A stretch of DNA of 60,547 nt, the filler included, from Sluysia triapertura (taxonomy: Eukaryota), in NCBI GenBank assembly GCA_046118255.1. It is 5 parts of 5 records of this genome, joined end to end, with 100 filler letters (N's around TTAATTAATTAA, not from the genome) between each part and the next. Parts side by side here need not be neighbours in the genome. Positions count along the whole stretch, not along the records: positions 11,338 to 24,082 come from JBJNIA010084474.1; positions 24,183 to 35,981 come from JBJNIA010169590.1; 3 more parts are not named here. One strand, 5' to 3'. The position numbers and the translations under genes were made by a program. The stretch's first letter is position 1. The number at the start of each line of letters is the position of its first letter. Under the pieces are notes generated by a model, which was not told the origin of the DNA, ran no database searches, and saw nothing but the letters and a program-made list of their open reading frames with translations. Positions 12,900 through 24,439 of the stretch are shown piece after piece.

Positions 12900-13100
12900 T
12901 GTATTGTGCACTTCAACTTTTTAGATTCCTTTAATTATTTATTTTGCTCGATTATATATGTGCCACATTAGCGAAAATTCTACAAAAATCAAAATTAGCC
13001 CTTTGGCTACAATGAATTTCTGAAGCTATCGGTTCGCATTTTATTTGCTTTTAGATGTCACTGTTTCATTATTTCAAAAATAAAAAATTATTTCTTTTAC
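12900..13100 (-). mobile_element. hAT transposase C-terminal relic
   Basis: Frameshifted fragments KANKMRTD / ANFDFCRIF resemble the hAT C-terminal dimerisation tail (RNxM...NFxxxCxxF). Confidence 0.3.
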
Positions 13101-13657
13101 TGTCTTTTCCGTCACAAAATTTCATTATCCATATCGCCATTTCATTCATAAAATAATTGTTACTTTTCAATTGTATTCCAAAAATAATGTCTAACGAAAT
13201 GTCACCATCAAGTGATGAAACAGAAATTTATTATTCATCTAGTGACGAAGAAATTTCACCACAAAATAGCTTCTTATGGCGAGATTATTCAGTTTACGTT
13301 CAATACTGAATCTGGACTAATTCACTTTTAATAATTTTGTCATATTTCATTCATTTTTACAATAAAATGAAATTTTAAAATTTTAAAATCTGATAACACT
13401 GTCTCTATTGAAATTTCTATTTATAATTTATTTAGTTATTTATTAGTTATTATTGCTAATAAATTAAAAGATTATGTATATAATTGTGATTATAGTATTT
13501 AAAACAGTCACTATTTTATTCCATTTGTCAATTAAATGTTCAAATTTGTCAATAAGCATTGTTGATATGATTACATTTAATTAATTTAATTGTCGTCGTC
13601 ATTTACTGACAAGATGTTTAACACCATTAAATAATAAAATTAATAAGTTTATAATTA

Positions 13658-13710
<53 letters not shown>

Positions 13711-13750
13711 TAATAATAATAATAATAATAACAAAAATAATAATAATAAC
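13658..13750. repeat. (AAT)n microsatellite
   Basis: Triplet run with a few interruptions. Confidence 0.95.
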
Positions 13751-13794
13751 TACAATTAAATTAATTAGAAATATGATAATCATTTACGAATAAC

Positions 13795-14415
13795 CTGAAT
13801 AAATTAGCACTGCCAGATAACAAAGTAGCATCGTAGAAATCACTTGGAATGACAAATATATTATGTTTCGATTCTTTTATAAAACGATTAAAGTTAACTG
13901 TCACTATTCGCTTTTTCCAAATTATTTCAAAAGATTTTAAAATAACATTAGATTTACTTTCACTAGCCGGAAATGGTGAAGAATCTACTCTTAAATTATT
14001 GAACGAAATTTTTGATTTCGAAAAAGTGTTTAATTGTGGGTGACTTACTGTAAAATTATCAAGCTCAATTGCTTTTACTATACAGTGCAAAATTAAACAA
14101 TATTTTTTAAAAATATGTTTCTTTTGAAGTGAACAATCTATTGACATATTTGTTGGTGATATTGATTTATTTAGTAAATGTTGAAAGTGATTATCTGACA
14201 CTTCAAAAACACTGCAATATTTATCCAAAAGTTTTTGCTTTTTCCTACAGATATTGGCTCCTTTGCATATGTCTTCGATTGCATATTCATCGTACAAATC
14301 ACAGTAATTATTTTTCAAAAGCACATTTTTTAACAAGTAATGTATAATTATATCAGTGAAACGACGAATTGGACTCGTAAAATGACAATATATATCTTTA
14401 TTCAATGAGAAATGT
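13795..14415 (-). CDS. HELZ2-like RNB (RNase II/R domain) protein, internal exon
   Basis: TAG|A-HFSLNKDIYCHFTSPIRRFTDIIIHYLLK is the RNB signature; downstream IVKAIELDNFTVSHP...FNNLRVDSSP...IIWKKRIVT parallels the post-RNB segment of HELZ2; probable donor AG|GTTATT at 13794. Confidence 0.8.
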
Positions 14416-14971
14416 CTAAATAAATAAAAATAATAATTATTATTATTATTGTTAAGTATATAAAATTTGTATATTTGCATTATATTAAAATTTGTTCCTA
14501 CGATTTGTGTAAATAAAAAATATTTAAATAAATAAAATTATTTAATACAAAATTAACGCAATAGAACTTTTTAATTATAAATTTTAAATTATTTTACTTA
14601 TTTAATAAGTAAAATAATATAAAATTATAAATAAAATAAAGTAAAATAATATTTTTAATTAAAATTATTAAATAAAATAATGTAAAATTTTTAAATAAAA
14701 AAATCATTTTTCTTTTAATTTAATTTTATTTAATAAAACTAATTCAATTAATTTTGTTTCATATAAAATAATACAAGAAAGTAAAACAACCAATAGATAG
14801 TGAAATTTGGACGCCATTATTAAAAAATTTGATATTCAATTGGATTTTGCTATTTTTAATGCCTCTGAAAAATCAGTCCATATTTAAATAAATTTATTTT
14901 AATAATTTGTTAAAATAATTCTTACTTTAACAAAGGAGAATTGAAAAAAATTACTAAAAATCATTATTGTG

Positions 14972-15063
14972 TACCGTAGATCAATTTCAGTTTTAAAATC
15001 CAAAGTGCTAAACACCTCCTAAGTGCTAAACACCTCCTAAGTGCTAAACACCTCCTAAGTGCT
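14972..15063. repeat. 18-bp tandem repeat (AAGTGCTAAACACCTCCT x3.4) next to a TACCGTA transposon-like end
   Basis: Exact units at 15003, 15021 and 15039, partial unit at 15057; TACCGTAG at 14972. Confidence 0.85.
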
Positions 15064-15779
15064 GATTAAATTCGTATATTTTTATTATATTATATGATTT
15101 ATATACATACTAAGTTTTTAATGCGTCTTACATTTTCATAATTATGTTTTTTTAATAAAACTTATAGGTGTTAGTGATTATTTAATTATTTTATAGTAAA
15201 CGATTTAAACTCCTGACTTGTTTACTAGATCTTAAAATCCAAAAATTTAATCATTATTTACGCTAGACCTTAAAGGTTATTTCAATTTTTATTTACAAAA
15301 TAGACCATAACAGCTAGTTCCGTTTGTGAATTTCTATTTAATCACGCGACTGCATTAAAATCTACACTATATATTGATCGCATAATAATAATTATCTAAT
15401 ACGTGACTAGGTGATACTTACCTGACAACTTAAAACCTACGAGACTGTTTGTTTTTTGAAATTCTAAAATCAAATTAGGACGTCACCTTAATAGATATAA
15501 ATCGTACTTATTAAGTGGACCAAAGCCTCTAGATGATTAAGATTTTAAGAGTAAAGTTATTATAAAATAGTTATTTAAAATTTTTTTGTTAAAATTAAGT
15601 TTGTCGAGAACGTTAAAATCAATTACGAAATGAATCGTTATTTTATTTTTCTTTAATAACGTAACAAATTGAAAAACATTAGAATAAAACTCGAAAATTG
15701 TTACATTAAAAATACTACACATTGGGAGAAAGGGATTCATGAAAAAATAGATTACTAAAGATAATAGACAGTAGACATT

Positions 15780-16430
15780 CATTGATCGTTCAGTAATTCT
15801 AAATGGTTCTCATCATTTTCTGCAACCAAATAATATTGTAAAGGATCAGGCCATAAATCATATTTTATCATATCACCCAATGCCACCGTAGAATTAGAAA
15901 TATCATATGTAAACTAATGCATCTGATACCGGATCCTTTGCTACCAGAGTCAACTTTATTGTCTGACTCATTGTTGGTTTTAACGTACTTTTTTTCCATC
16001 TTTCCATTCCACTCCATCACACGTTGTTTTAATTTCTGATTCACCAACATGTACAGATTTAGTAATGATAGCATCAGTAAAGTAATCATTTGGAACAAAT
16101 GTTAACATAATTTTAAAACCTGATTTAATATCATCAAATTCTTCTGCATCGAGGCTAACTAAAGATTGTAATAAATACTCGTCGAGTAATTAAAGTCATT
16201 AACCGTGGATGATTACTAAGAGTATTGATCCAGAAATTTGGAATAGATTTTATTAAGTTCATACGCTGTTGAAATAGTGGTTGTCTTTTTAAATTATACT
16301 TCTCTACCTTGCTCATTCAATTGATCAATATCGCATTGTACTTCAACATTTCTTTCTATTAAAGAATTCAACGTTGGATCATCATCAACATTGCCGTTAC
16401 ATTCAGATTTTGGGATTTTAGGAACAAATG
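15780..16430 (-). pseudogene. SET: Intronless decayed SET/TAF-I (NAP-family histone chaperone) copy
   Basis: Frameshifted pieces IERNVEVQCDIDQLNEQ, RQPLFQQRMNLIKSIPNFWINTLSNHP, FDDIKSGFKI..F..NDYF and LGDMIKYDLWPDPLQYYLV align in order with SET (IEHIDEVQNEIDRLNEQ, RQPFFQKRSELIAKIPNFW, FEDIKSGYRI, LGEVIKDDIWPNPLQYYLV); no introns. Confidence 0.9.
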
Positions 16431-16899
16431 TTATATTTCTATTGTGTTTGTTACAAATCGTGGCGAAAAATAACTTGTGTTTTACTACTGATTTTAGTAG
16501 TTCATTTATAGCGTATAAAATGGCATCTTTCAACGTTGCCGTANNNNNNNNNNNNNNNNNNNNNNNNNNNNNNNNNNNNNNNNNNNNNNNNNNNNNNNNN
16601 NNNNNNNNNNNNNNNNNNNNNNNNNNNNNNNNNNNNNNNNNNNNNNNNNNNNNNNNNNNNNNNNNNNNNNNNNNNNNATGATAATTTAAAATGCTGAATG
16701 ATTCTTGTTTCTGTAAATTTTTCTGATACCAAAGACTAACAGAAGAAATAAGATATACTTTTTTATTTGGTAACTATAGTACAAATTTTATTATAAATTT
16801 TTATTTTCTATATAAAATTTATAGATTTCAAAATTATAAATTTCAAAAATTATAATTTCATGATTATATAAATAAATTAATTAAATTCTGAAGTTACGA

Positions 16900-17820
16900 A
16901 TTTTGTTTTATTATGGTAGATTTAGTCTTTTGAATGCATCTTTAGAATTTTGTGACGTATGTGAAATTTTGCTTGATGATAAAGCATGCTCTGATTTATT
17001 CGATGTCATAGATTGAGCATCACATTTTTGGTCAACAATATTTATACTGTTTCGATTTTATTACAGTAAATTATTCTATTATTGTAGCTATAAGAATTAA
17101 AATTTACAAATTCTTTTAGTTTCACAAATAATATATCTTTAATAGATTTATTCACAGGAGTAGTTTCATTACTGTTATTATCGTCATTACTATCACTGAT
17201 TCGTGGGGACTGTGAGATTTAGCTTTAGATTTAAAATTAGATTCTTTATGTGATTTGATCATTTACAAGCCAAATATGGTATATGACACAATGTCGGGAA
17301 TTTTCTTATCACGTAATAATAATCCGTAATAATAATAATCATATTTTTAATGTAACATTGATTAAATGTGCTTGAGTCATTTGTTTGATCATTCAATCTT
17401 TAATAAAAGAACTATCATCAGTTCTATCAACAAATAAGCACTGTATGAATTCCAGTATATCTAATGATTCAGGAAAGCTGTTAAGGCCTTTCGCATTGTT
17501 GATATTAGTCAAAAAATTAGGATAAATATTATTCGTGTTGTAATGAGCTGCTCGCAACATCTACAAATATCACGAAAGAATGTACGAATTGGTTTAATAT
17601 CATGATGATACAATTGACAAATATTTTCGTGAATCAATCCATTATTGACAGAGTTAATTTAGAAAACAGAAGGGAATGCAATTGAAAATGGATTTAGTTT
17701 GTTCGGTTTTAGTAATGAATTTGAAATCGTTCATCATGACACTTACATGCACCTACATGGGTTTCTGGGCATTCTCTTTTCAGTGCCAAATTTATCTTTT
17801 TTTGAAATTGGTGGAAACCA
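16900..17820 (-). pseudogene. Decayed Cys/His-containing ORF (first cargo of copy C), family unknown
   Basis: Fragments ECPETHVGACKCH and ENICQLYHHDIKPIRTFFRDICRCCEQL, followed by Ser/Asn-rich frames with many stops. Confidence 0.35.
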
Positions 17821-17829
17821 GAAGAAGTA

Positions 17830-18047
17830 AAATTGAGTAAGAAGAGAATTATAAAAGAGAAATTAAGAGAAGCTGAAGATGTTTTTATAGAAATTTTATT
17901 TTTTTGATAAAAATTGAATTTTTGAACTGTAAGAATTTTAAGTTATGAAGGTTTAATATTTTATGTTGTTTAGTTGTTATGTGGTTGAGTATTTGTATGG
18001 TTGTTATGAGGTGTTTATAATTCCGAATGATGGGTTGGGTCAGCACA
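17830..18047 (-). mobile_element. TGT-terminated element, copy C (terminus and arm)
   Basis: Minus strand begins TGTGCTGACCCAACC, followed by a G-poor C/A-rich then pyrimidine-rich arm; more diverged than the other copies. Confidence 0.5.
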
Positions 18048-19661
18048 AAGATTATTTCTCTTTCGNNNNNNNNNNNNNNNNNNNNNNNNNNNNNNNNNNN
18101 NNNNNNNNNNNNNNNNNNNNNNNNNNNNNNNNNNNNNNNNNNNNNNNNNNNNNNNNNNNNNNNNNNNNNNNNNNNNNNNNNNNNNNNNNNNNNNNNNNNN
18201 NATAAAGTTTAAATTTATTTTAATACAAAATTATTTAATAAATAGTTTTTAAATCATTAATTTATTAAATGTAACTTTATAAAAATAATACTACTAAATA
18301 AATATATTTAAATAAAATGTTATCTTTAACACAATATATAAAACGATTGTTTACATCAATTAATTAATTAATTAATTAAATTTATTTTTATTTTTATTTT
18401 TATTTTTATAATTTTTGATCAAAATTTTGTTTCAATTTCCACAAACAAATTATGTGATACATTAAAATGTGAAATAGAGTAAAACAAAAAAATTAAATAA
18501 TTGAAAAAATAGTTTAAGTCTCAAATTAAAATCATTTAAATAATGTATAATTGTTTTCTGGTTTCGATGCATTTTGAAAAATTATTTAATAATTTTTACT
18601 CACATTTTATTTTCATAAAATCATTTTCATATTTTATTTATACTTATATTTTTTATTTTTTATTTTTATATTTTTATATTTTAGTATTTCAATATATACT
18701 GTGTTTCTCTGAAAATACAGGATGATTTTAATTTAAGACCTAACCCTAAATTAAATTCTGGTTGATAATCGATTAGGACACCTAATAAAAGTCAATTAAT
18801 GGCTTGAGATGGCGTTCAATGTATTCTTTAGTATATAAAATAAAATAAAATAGATTCTGAGATACTTACTGACTATAACAAGATTCTGATTGTGATGATT
18901 CACTTTCAGACAATCTTCCAAGTAAGACTTTATTAGCAATTATCAAACATTTCTTCTTTGTCGCACACTGTCCACGAGAATGACTTAAAATAATTAAATT
19001 CAGTTAAACGAAAACTTCGCAGAAACTTTGGAATCCAGTGTGACTTGCAAAACATTCCAGAGGACAACGACCATATGGTCATTTTGAATGATTCATAGTT
19101 AGTGGTTTTCAAACATAAAACATGTATTAATTAGTAAATGTAGATAAGTTTATGCATGTTTTTTGTTTATTTAGAAATTTCATATATAATTCTCTACTTT
19201 GTAACTTTGTTTTTCGATAGATGAAAATAAGTGTCATATTTCAAGAATGATCCGATTGAAATTGATAAAGATAGAATGAAGAAATTGCATAATCATCTGA
19301 AGAACCCTCTAAAACGACTCAGAATAATAATAATTATTATTATCATTATTATTATTATTATTACTTCAGCACACTTTTAAAATTCGTATTGGATTTGCAA
19401 AACTATATCAACCTTTTCATTCCTACTGAGATCTGTATGTCCCAATAAATTTCTAATAAACAATGCAAATATTTATGAGTATGCATGTTTGTACATGTTT
19501 TCTACAATTTTATCTTTTTGTTTTGCTAGTTTTACATAAAACTTGATTGTATTTCTTGATTATACGCACTGTGTGATTTAAAAATAATTTCTTATTTAAA
19601 ATTTAAATATAATTTATATGTTTAATAAATGTCAGAAGAAAGTATATTGCATGGACTTTAT

Positions 19662-20175
19662 TTAAAATTCAGTATAGACACCATCATTCGCCACCAGTTT
19701 ATCAAATCGACCAGGAATCGCATCAATTGATTTCACAAGAAACTCGTGCGAGATGAAAGCCATAACTTCACATATTCGTCCTTCAAGTTCTTCCAAATTT
19801 TTTGGTTTTGTTGAATAGACTTTCTTTTTTAACCAAACGCGGAGAAAAATGTCGCATGATGTTAAGTCAGGACTTCTGGATGGCCTTTTGTACGAACCAC
19901 GACCCATCCATCTTCCAGGAAATTTATCATTGAGCCATTCACGAACAATGGGGAGTTCCATCTTGCATGAAAATCAAATCTTCAATATTATCCCAATCAT
20001 GCTCAACATATTGAGGTACCTTTCACATTCATAGATCACGAAGGAACCCTGTGATCATAAGTTTTTCATGACAATTCTTGATATTCTTTGGGTCATGTTT
20101 TCTCTTAATGAATCTCCAAACTTCGTAACGTGTAGCTATCTGGACACATTCTTGTAGTGTAAGACGTCCAACCAT
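19662..20175 (-). mobile_element. Tc1/mariner (IS630) superfamily transposase relic, DD37D/DD41D-like
   Basis: FMQDG, VREWLNDKFPGRWMGRG, RSPDLTSCDIFLRVWLKKKVY and LEELEGRI motifs with frameshifts. Confidence 0.85.
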
Positions 20176-20426
20176 TTTTGTAGGGTTTTGAAATTTCAAA
20201 CAAATTAATTAAAACAAATTCACAAAACTGATCTAAAAAGAAAACGATAGCATAGATTAAGTTGTCATACGTTAAGTAAGATATACACAGAAGTTGAGCA
20301 ACTTATTACGGTATTTGAATTAAATTGTAGATATTTGAAAATATGAAGTTACTTTTCATAATTGCTCAATTACTAATTAACAATATGACATACTGAATAC
20401 ATTTCTTGTATCTTTACTTATATTAG

Positions 20427-20748
20427 TGTGCTTATTGTACAAAATATTGTTGTAATTACAGCACCAGCAACGCCAGAAATTGTTCTGAATAAAAAATGTG
20501 TCAAAACCAATAGTAATCCTTCGATTATAATTGGTAGTGTTCCATCTAGAAGCGACAATTCGACAAATTTTCAATTTCAACATCAACAACAACAACAACA
20601 CACAAATAATTATGCTAATGTCGATGAATCATCTTCTGCTTCGACAACAATTTCATCGACTAATTCAAGAACAACCTATCAATCATCTAGACAAGTCTCT
20701 TCGGCAAATACGAAACGCAATATTCAAAATACCCATTCCTACAGTATA
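20427..20748 (+). CDS. Unidentified Ser/Thr/Gln-rich exon
   Basis: TAG| open frame VLIVQNIVVITAPATPE...HQQQQQH...HSYSI |GTAAGT, then a 52-bp intron to TAG at 20800. The next frame (20801-21004) is open but may derive from a Tc1 HTH. Confidence 0.55.
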
Positions 20749-21399
20749 GTAAGTTTAATTTTATTGTTTAATTTAAAGAAATATTAAACCTTATTTGTAG
20801 AAGCTCTATCTAATCAACGACAAGGTCACATTTGACAGTGAATCAAACTTCGAAAAAATCCAAGTAATTAAAATGAGTAAAAAAGAACTTGCTGAAGAAC
20901 TTGAAATCTCCGTACACCCAGCGGAACTCATGGTTCACATTAGAAATACGAGGAATATGTTTATGTATCATATTCTGGTAGAAATTGTAAATAATGTGTT
21001 TTGAACCTTTTTCCGAAAGAAGACTTGCAGAATTATCTAAATAACCCTTCTGAATTAAAATGATGTTTGGTATCAAACTTTCCGATACAATTCAATGTTT
21101 TAAAATCTTTCACTTCTTACTAAGGTCTAATGTAAATTCGAACTGTTCAGCCTATTCCATTCTCGCTCTCGCATCTCCTTCCATTCAACGTTGAAATGCT
21201 GAAATGCTTGCAGGAGAACACGTAGTCGCTTTCGTAGATTGTAGACTCCTAAAATATAACAAATAAAAATTAAACAATGATTGAATATTAAAGAATATTA
21301 TTAATTTAAGTATGAAGTGCATTTAATGATTTGAGTATTAAGGACAACATCATTGTGATTCTCATTACGTATCGAATTGTTCATTTTTTGGACATCGTT

Positions 21400-22600
21400 G
21401 GTAGCCTTTATAAGATTGGTCATGGATGATAATTATGTTGGTACCAATATAACTAATTTGATTGACGGTATGGTGAAATTTGCATGAGGATCAGAATTTG
21501 CTGCATCGTCCTAAATTGTTGGACTGGAATTGGAATTGTCCTAATCTGATTTTCCTGATTTGAGATGGTTTTGGTTATAGATGCAGTTGTTAAGGAATTA
21601 TTGAAAGGATTCGAAACCTTCGAAATAAATCTTTCTCCCATAGTAATAATTGCATTCATATAAGTTTTATCAATGTAACGAGGAATACTTGGTAAAAATC
21701 ATATAACACTAATCTTAGCCACCAAGTCAAAATCTAATTCTGCATTATTAATTTCTTTTAAGTTCGTGTATAAATGAAACATAAGATTGTAAAATATCTT
21801 GGGCATCTTTACATTACTATTCAATTCTGTTGTAATGATGATTAAAGATCGCATAACGCGCCAAACATTTAAAAAAGGAAACGCATTGATATACATTAAA
21901 TTTTTACTTATGAATTTGATTAAATTACAACGCCAGGATGAATTAAGAAGTTTGAAACCTAATTTAGTTGGTAATTCGTCGATTCGTATAATATGTTGAC
22001 TAAATTTGATTGTATCATTTGTAAAAACGAACCAACTTTTAATGCTTCTAATGGAATATTAAAATTACTAAAATCTAGGATTTGCAATATCATACAACCA
22101 GTAGACAAAGGTATAATTGACGAGGACCGTTGACAGTGAAGTACTTTCGAAATTACCGGTTTATTTCCAAACTTCTCCAAAATTACAAAAGCAGATTGAA
22201 TATAGCTTTAAATCTTTCAATGTGTCACCGTCTTTGTTGCACCATGATTTTGGAATATTCGAAATGTATAAATTTGTTTGAACTTTTTCGTTTTCATTAG
22301 GATATTTAACAGTATAATTTGAATAATTTTGTTGAATGTATAAGACTGTCTCGAGCATCATCTGCAGTCATGCGGTTATAAACTTCACACTTGCCGTCTT
22401 CTTCGATGGATACTTTAACAGACCTTACTTGATTTTTATCCTTAGCCAATTCCATTATATTTTCATCGGTAAAATGAGACGGTAATCCTTTCAAACATAA
22501 ATTCGTTTTCGATACTTTACCAACAGTGTCACATTATTTGTCGTGATATTTTTATTGCTGACTATCAACACAGTCGGTTGTTCCATCATTAATAAATTTA
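21400..22600 (-). pseudogene. Intronless decayed RBMS/shep/SUP-26-like tandem-RRM gene (cargo of copy D)
   Basis: VSKTNLCLKGLPSHFTDENIMEL ~ RBMS1 [33 protein letters not shown] ~ PTNLYISNLP; LEKFGNKPVISKVL ~ LKPFGQVISTRIL; frameshifts, no introns. Confidence 0.8.
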
Positions 22601-22933
22601 TCATTTTTTGTCCAATTTCTACACAAATTAACAAAATTGATCGTTATTTTTATTGAATGATAAAAATTGGTGTTTTTTGATTTTCTTTTTTTGAATTAAA
22701 ATTTTTATTTATCTTTTATTTTGAATATTTAGCACGATTTTTATTTTACTTGATGATGTGCTACTATTGGTCTGTATTTGTCTTGAAATTGACTGATATA
22801 TTTAGCTCATCAAAAATCACTTCGAGCCAATCATTAAATTGCATTAATTAAGTACACTATAGATAGCACGTTTAGCATGTCATATTACACTAAATGTGTC
22901 TGCATGCTTCTATTTTTTAATGATGTCCATATT

Positions 22934-23132
22934 GATTGGACGTCCAAGCACAGCAAGTAAAATTACGATGTAAAAATAGAACTGATAGGACGCCCAATCA
23001 ACTGTTGTGTTAATGTTATTGGAATTGTAAGAATGTATGCATGTGTATTACAAAATACTAAATATTGAGCTATACATGTTCTGTGTACTATTATTATTGA
23101 TTATGTATTAAGCAACTGTCATTTGCCGACAG
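22934..23132. promoter_or_regulatory. Palindromic module of copy D (inverted CCAAT pairs, CTGTC-N7-GACAG)
   Basis: GATTGGACGTCCAA 22934-22947; TGATAGGACGCCCAATCA 22983-23000; CTGTCATTTGCCGACAG 23116-23132; located between the arm and the cargo gene start. Confidence 0.6.
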
Positions 23133-23861
23133 TTTACCAAGTGATGTGAACTGATTTTAATTAAAACTGTTGGTTAATGACAGGTTAAATGAGGTGATAG
23201 CAACTAATAATAATGCTAATAATATTTATTACAATAATTAAAATTAATAATAATAAAATTAATACATAAATTCTTATAATATGTTTCGTTCTTTGCATGA
23301 TCTTTCTTTAGCTAATTTAAATAAAATTCTTTCAAAAAAAATACGTATAAATAAGATCATTTTAAATGCATAAATTTATTTCTTTTAAATCTTTTCGGAA
23401 TCTTTTCTTTTCTTAAAATATAAAAATTTCCTGGCAAAAGAAATTAATTAAAATTCTTTTAAAGATCTTTACTACAAATTAATTTACACGAAGTTCTTTT
23501 GATTACACTATTTTAAATTGATTCTGAATTGTGATTCTAATGTTTTTCGTTGATATACAAGATTGGATATCGAAGGATTGTAAACTTAAAATATTTTGAA
23601 TTAATTTTGACGTTTTCTACGATAATTTAAGATGTAAATTGTGATTCAAATGTTGTAGGATTGTGAGATTTAGATGTTTTAAATGAGATTTGAAATGTAT
23701 ATTAATGGTTTGAATGTAAGAATGATTTTGATGTTTTGAAATGAAATGATTTTAGAGGACCGAAAAAAGGATGTATATAAATATAAAATGTTAGTAAATG
23801 AGATATTATAAATGAAATGATTATTTTAAAATTCTTTAAGTTAAAAAGGTTGGCCACCACA

Positions 23862-24082
23862 GAATTAACTTTGACGAAAATCATATTAATAACCGCACTG
23901 ACTGGACCAAGATAATATTCTCAGATGATTGTTGTAAATACTATTGTCATCATCTAAAGGATTCAAAAGATAATTTGTGGTAGAAGATCAACTATGATAT
24001 GGAAATGCCATAATTTATGATAAAAAGCTAGCTTTACGTGTGGTTCCATCAACTCTTAATGGTGATAAGTACTATGATTTGA
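23862..24082 (+). mobile_element. Tc1/Tc3-like transposase relic
   Basis: RINFDENHINNRTDWTKIIFSDD (cf. RLEFA..H...DWSKVVFSDE), TMIW, STLNGDKYY. Confidence 0.75.
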
Positions 24083-24182
24083 NNNNNNNNNNNNNNNNNN
24101 NNNNNNNNNNNNNNNNNNNNNNNNNNTTAATTAATTAANNNNNNNNNNNNNNNNNNNNNNNNNNNNNNNNNNNNNNNNNNNN
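24083..24182. other. Artificial scaffold linker
   Basis: 44N-TTAATTAATTAA-44N. Confidence 0.97.
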
Positions 24183-24289
24183 CAATTAATTTCATGATTC
24201 TTAAGTGGGAATTTAAATAATATCAAAATATCTAATGATAAATATATTTGAGTTTTCATTTCTAATAAGTTAACATTACTAAAGTTACT

Positions 24290-24405
24290 ATGCCTACTAG
24301 TAATGCTTAGAGTAGTGGTTTAACATTTTGATAATGCAATAAATTGTGTGGTCACTACGATTATTTCTCGGTGGTTAAAAAGGAAACAATCTGTCCATTG
24401 TTATT
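24290..24405 (+). pseudogene. RING-finger relic
   Basis: Frameshifted CLE*W, KLCGHY, ISRWLKR and TICPL fit the RING pattern C..CLE...CGH....I..WL....CP. Confidence 0.4.
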
Positions 24406-24439
24406 TTTGTAACATTTAAAAATTCATTCATTAAATTTT

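Larger units (their letters stand above)
21400..23861 (-). mobile_element. TGT-terminated cargo element, copy D
   Basis: Minus strand starts TGTGGTGGCCAACCTTTTTAACTTAAAGAATTTT at 23861, then C/A-rich arm, AT spacer, palindromic module and RRM cargo; the terminus abuts a Tc1 transposase fragment. Confidence 0.7.

Noticed and set aside
15003-15063. CRISPR-like repeat
   Set aside because: Units are directly adjacent with no spacers, in a eukaryotic context.
15780-22600. Alternative genetic code or programmed frameshifting explaining the broken ORFs
   Set aside because: Host exons (PYG, STAR, HELZ2-like) read cleanly in the standard code; the breaks are irregular stops and indels typical of decay.
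18047-23861. Copies C and D as the two LTRs of one retrotransposon
   Set aside because: The arms are too dissimilar; no PBS, PPT or gag-pol seen; unrelated exons and transposons lie between them.
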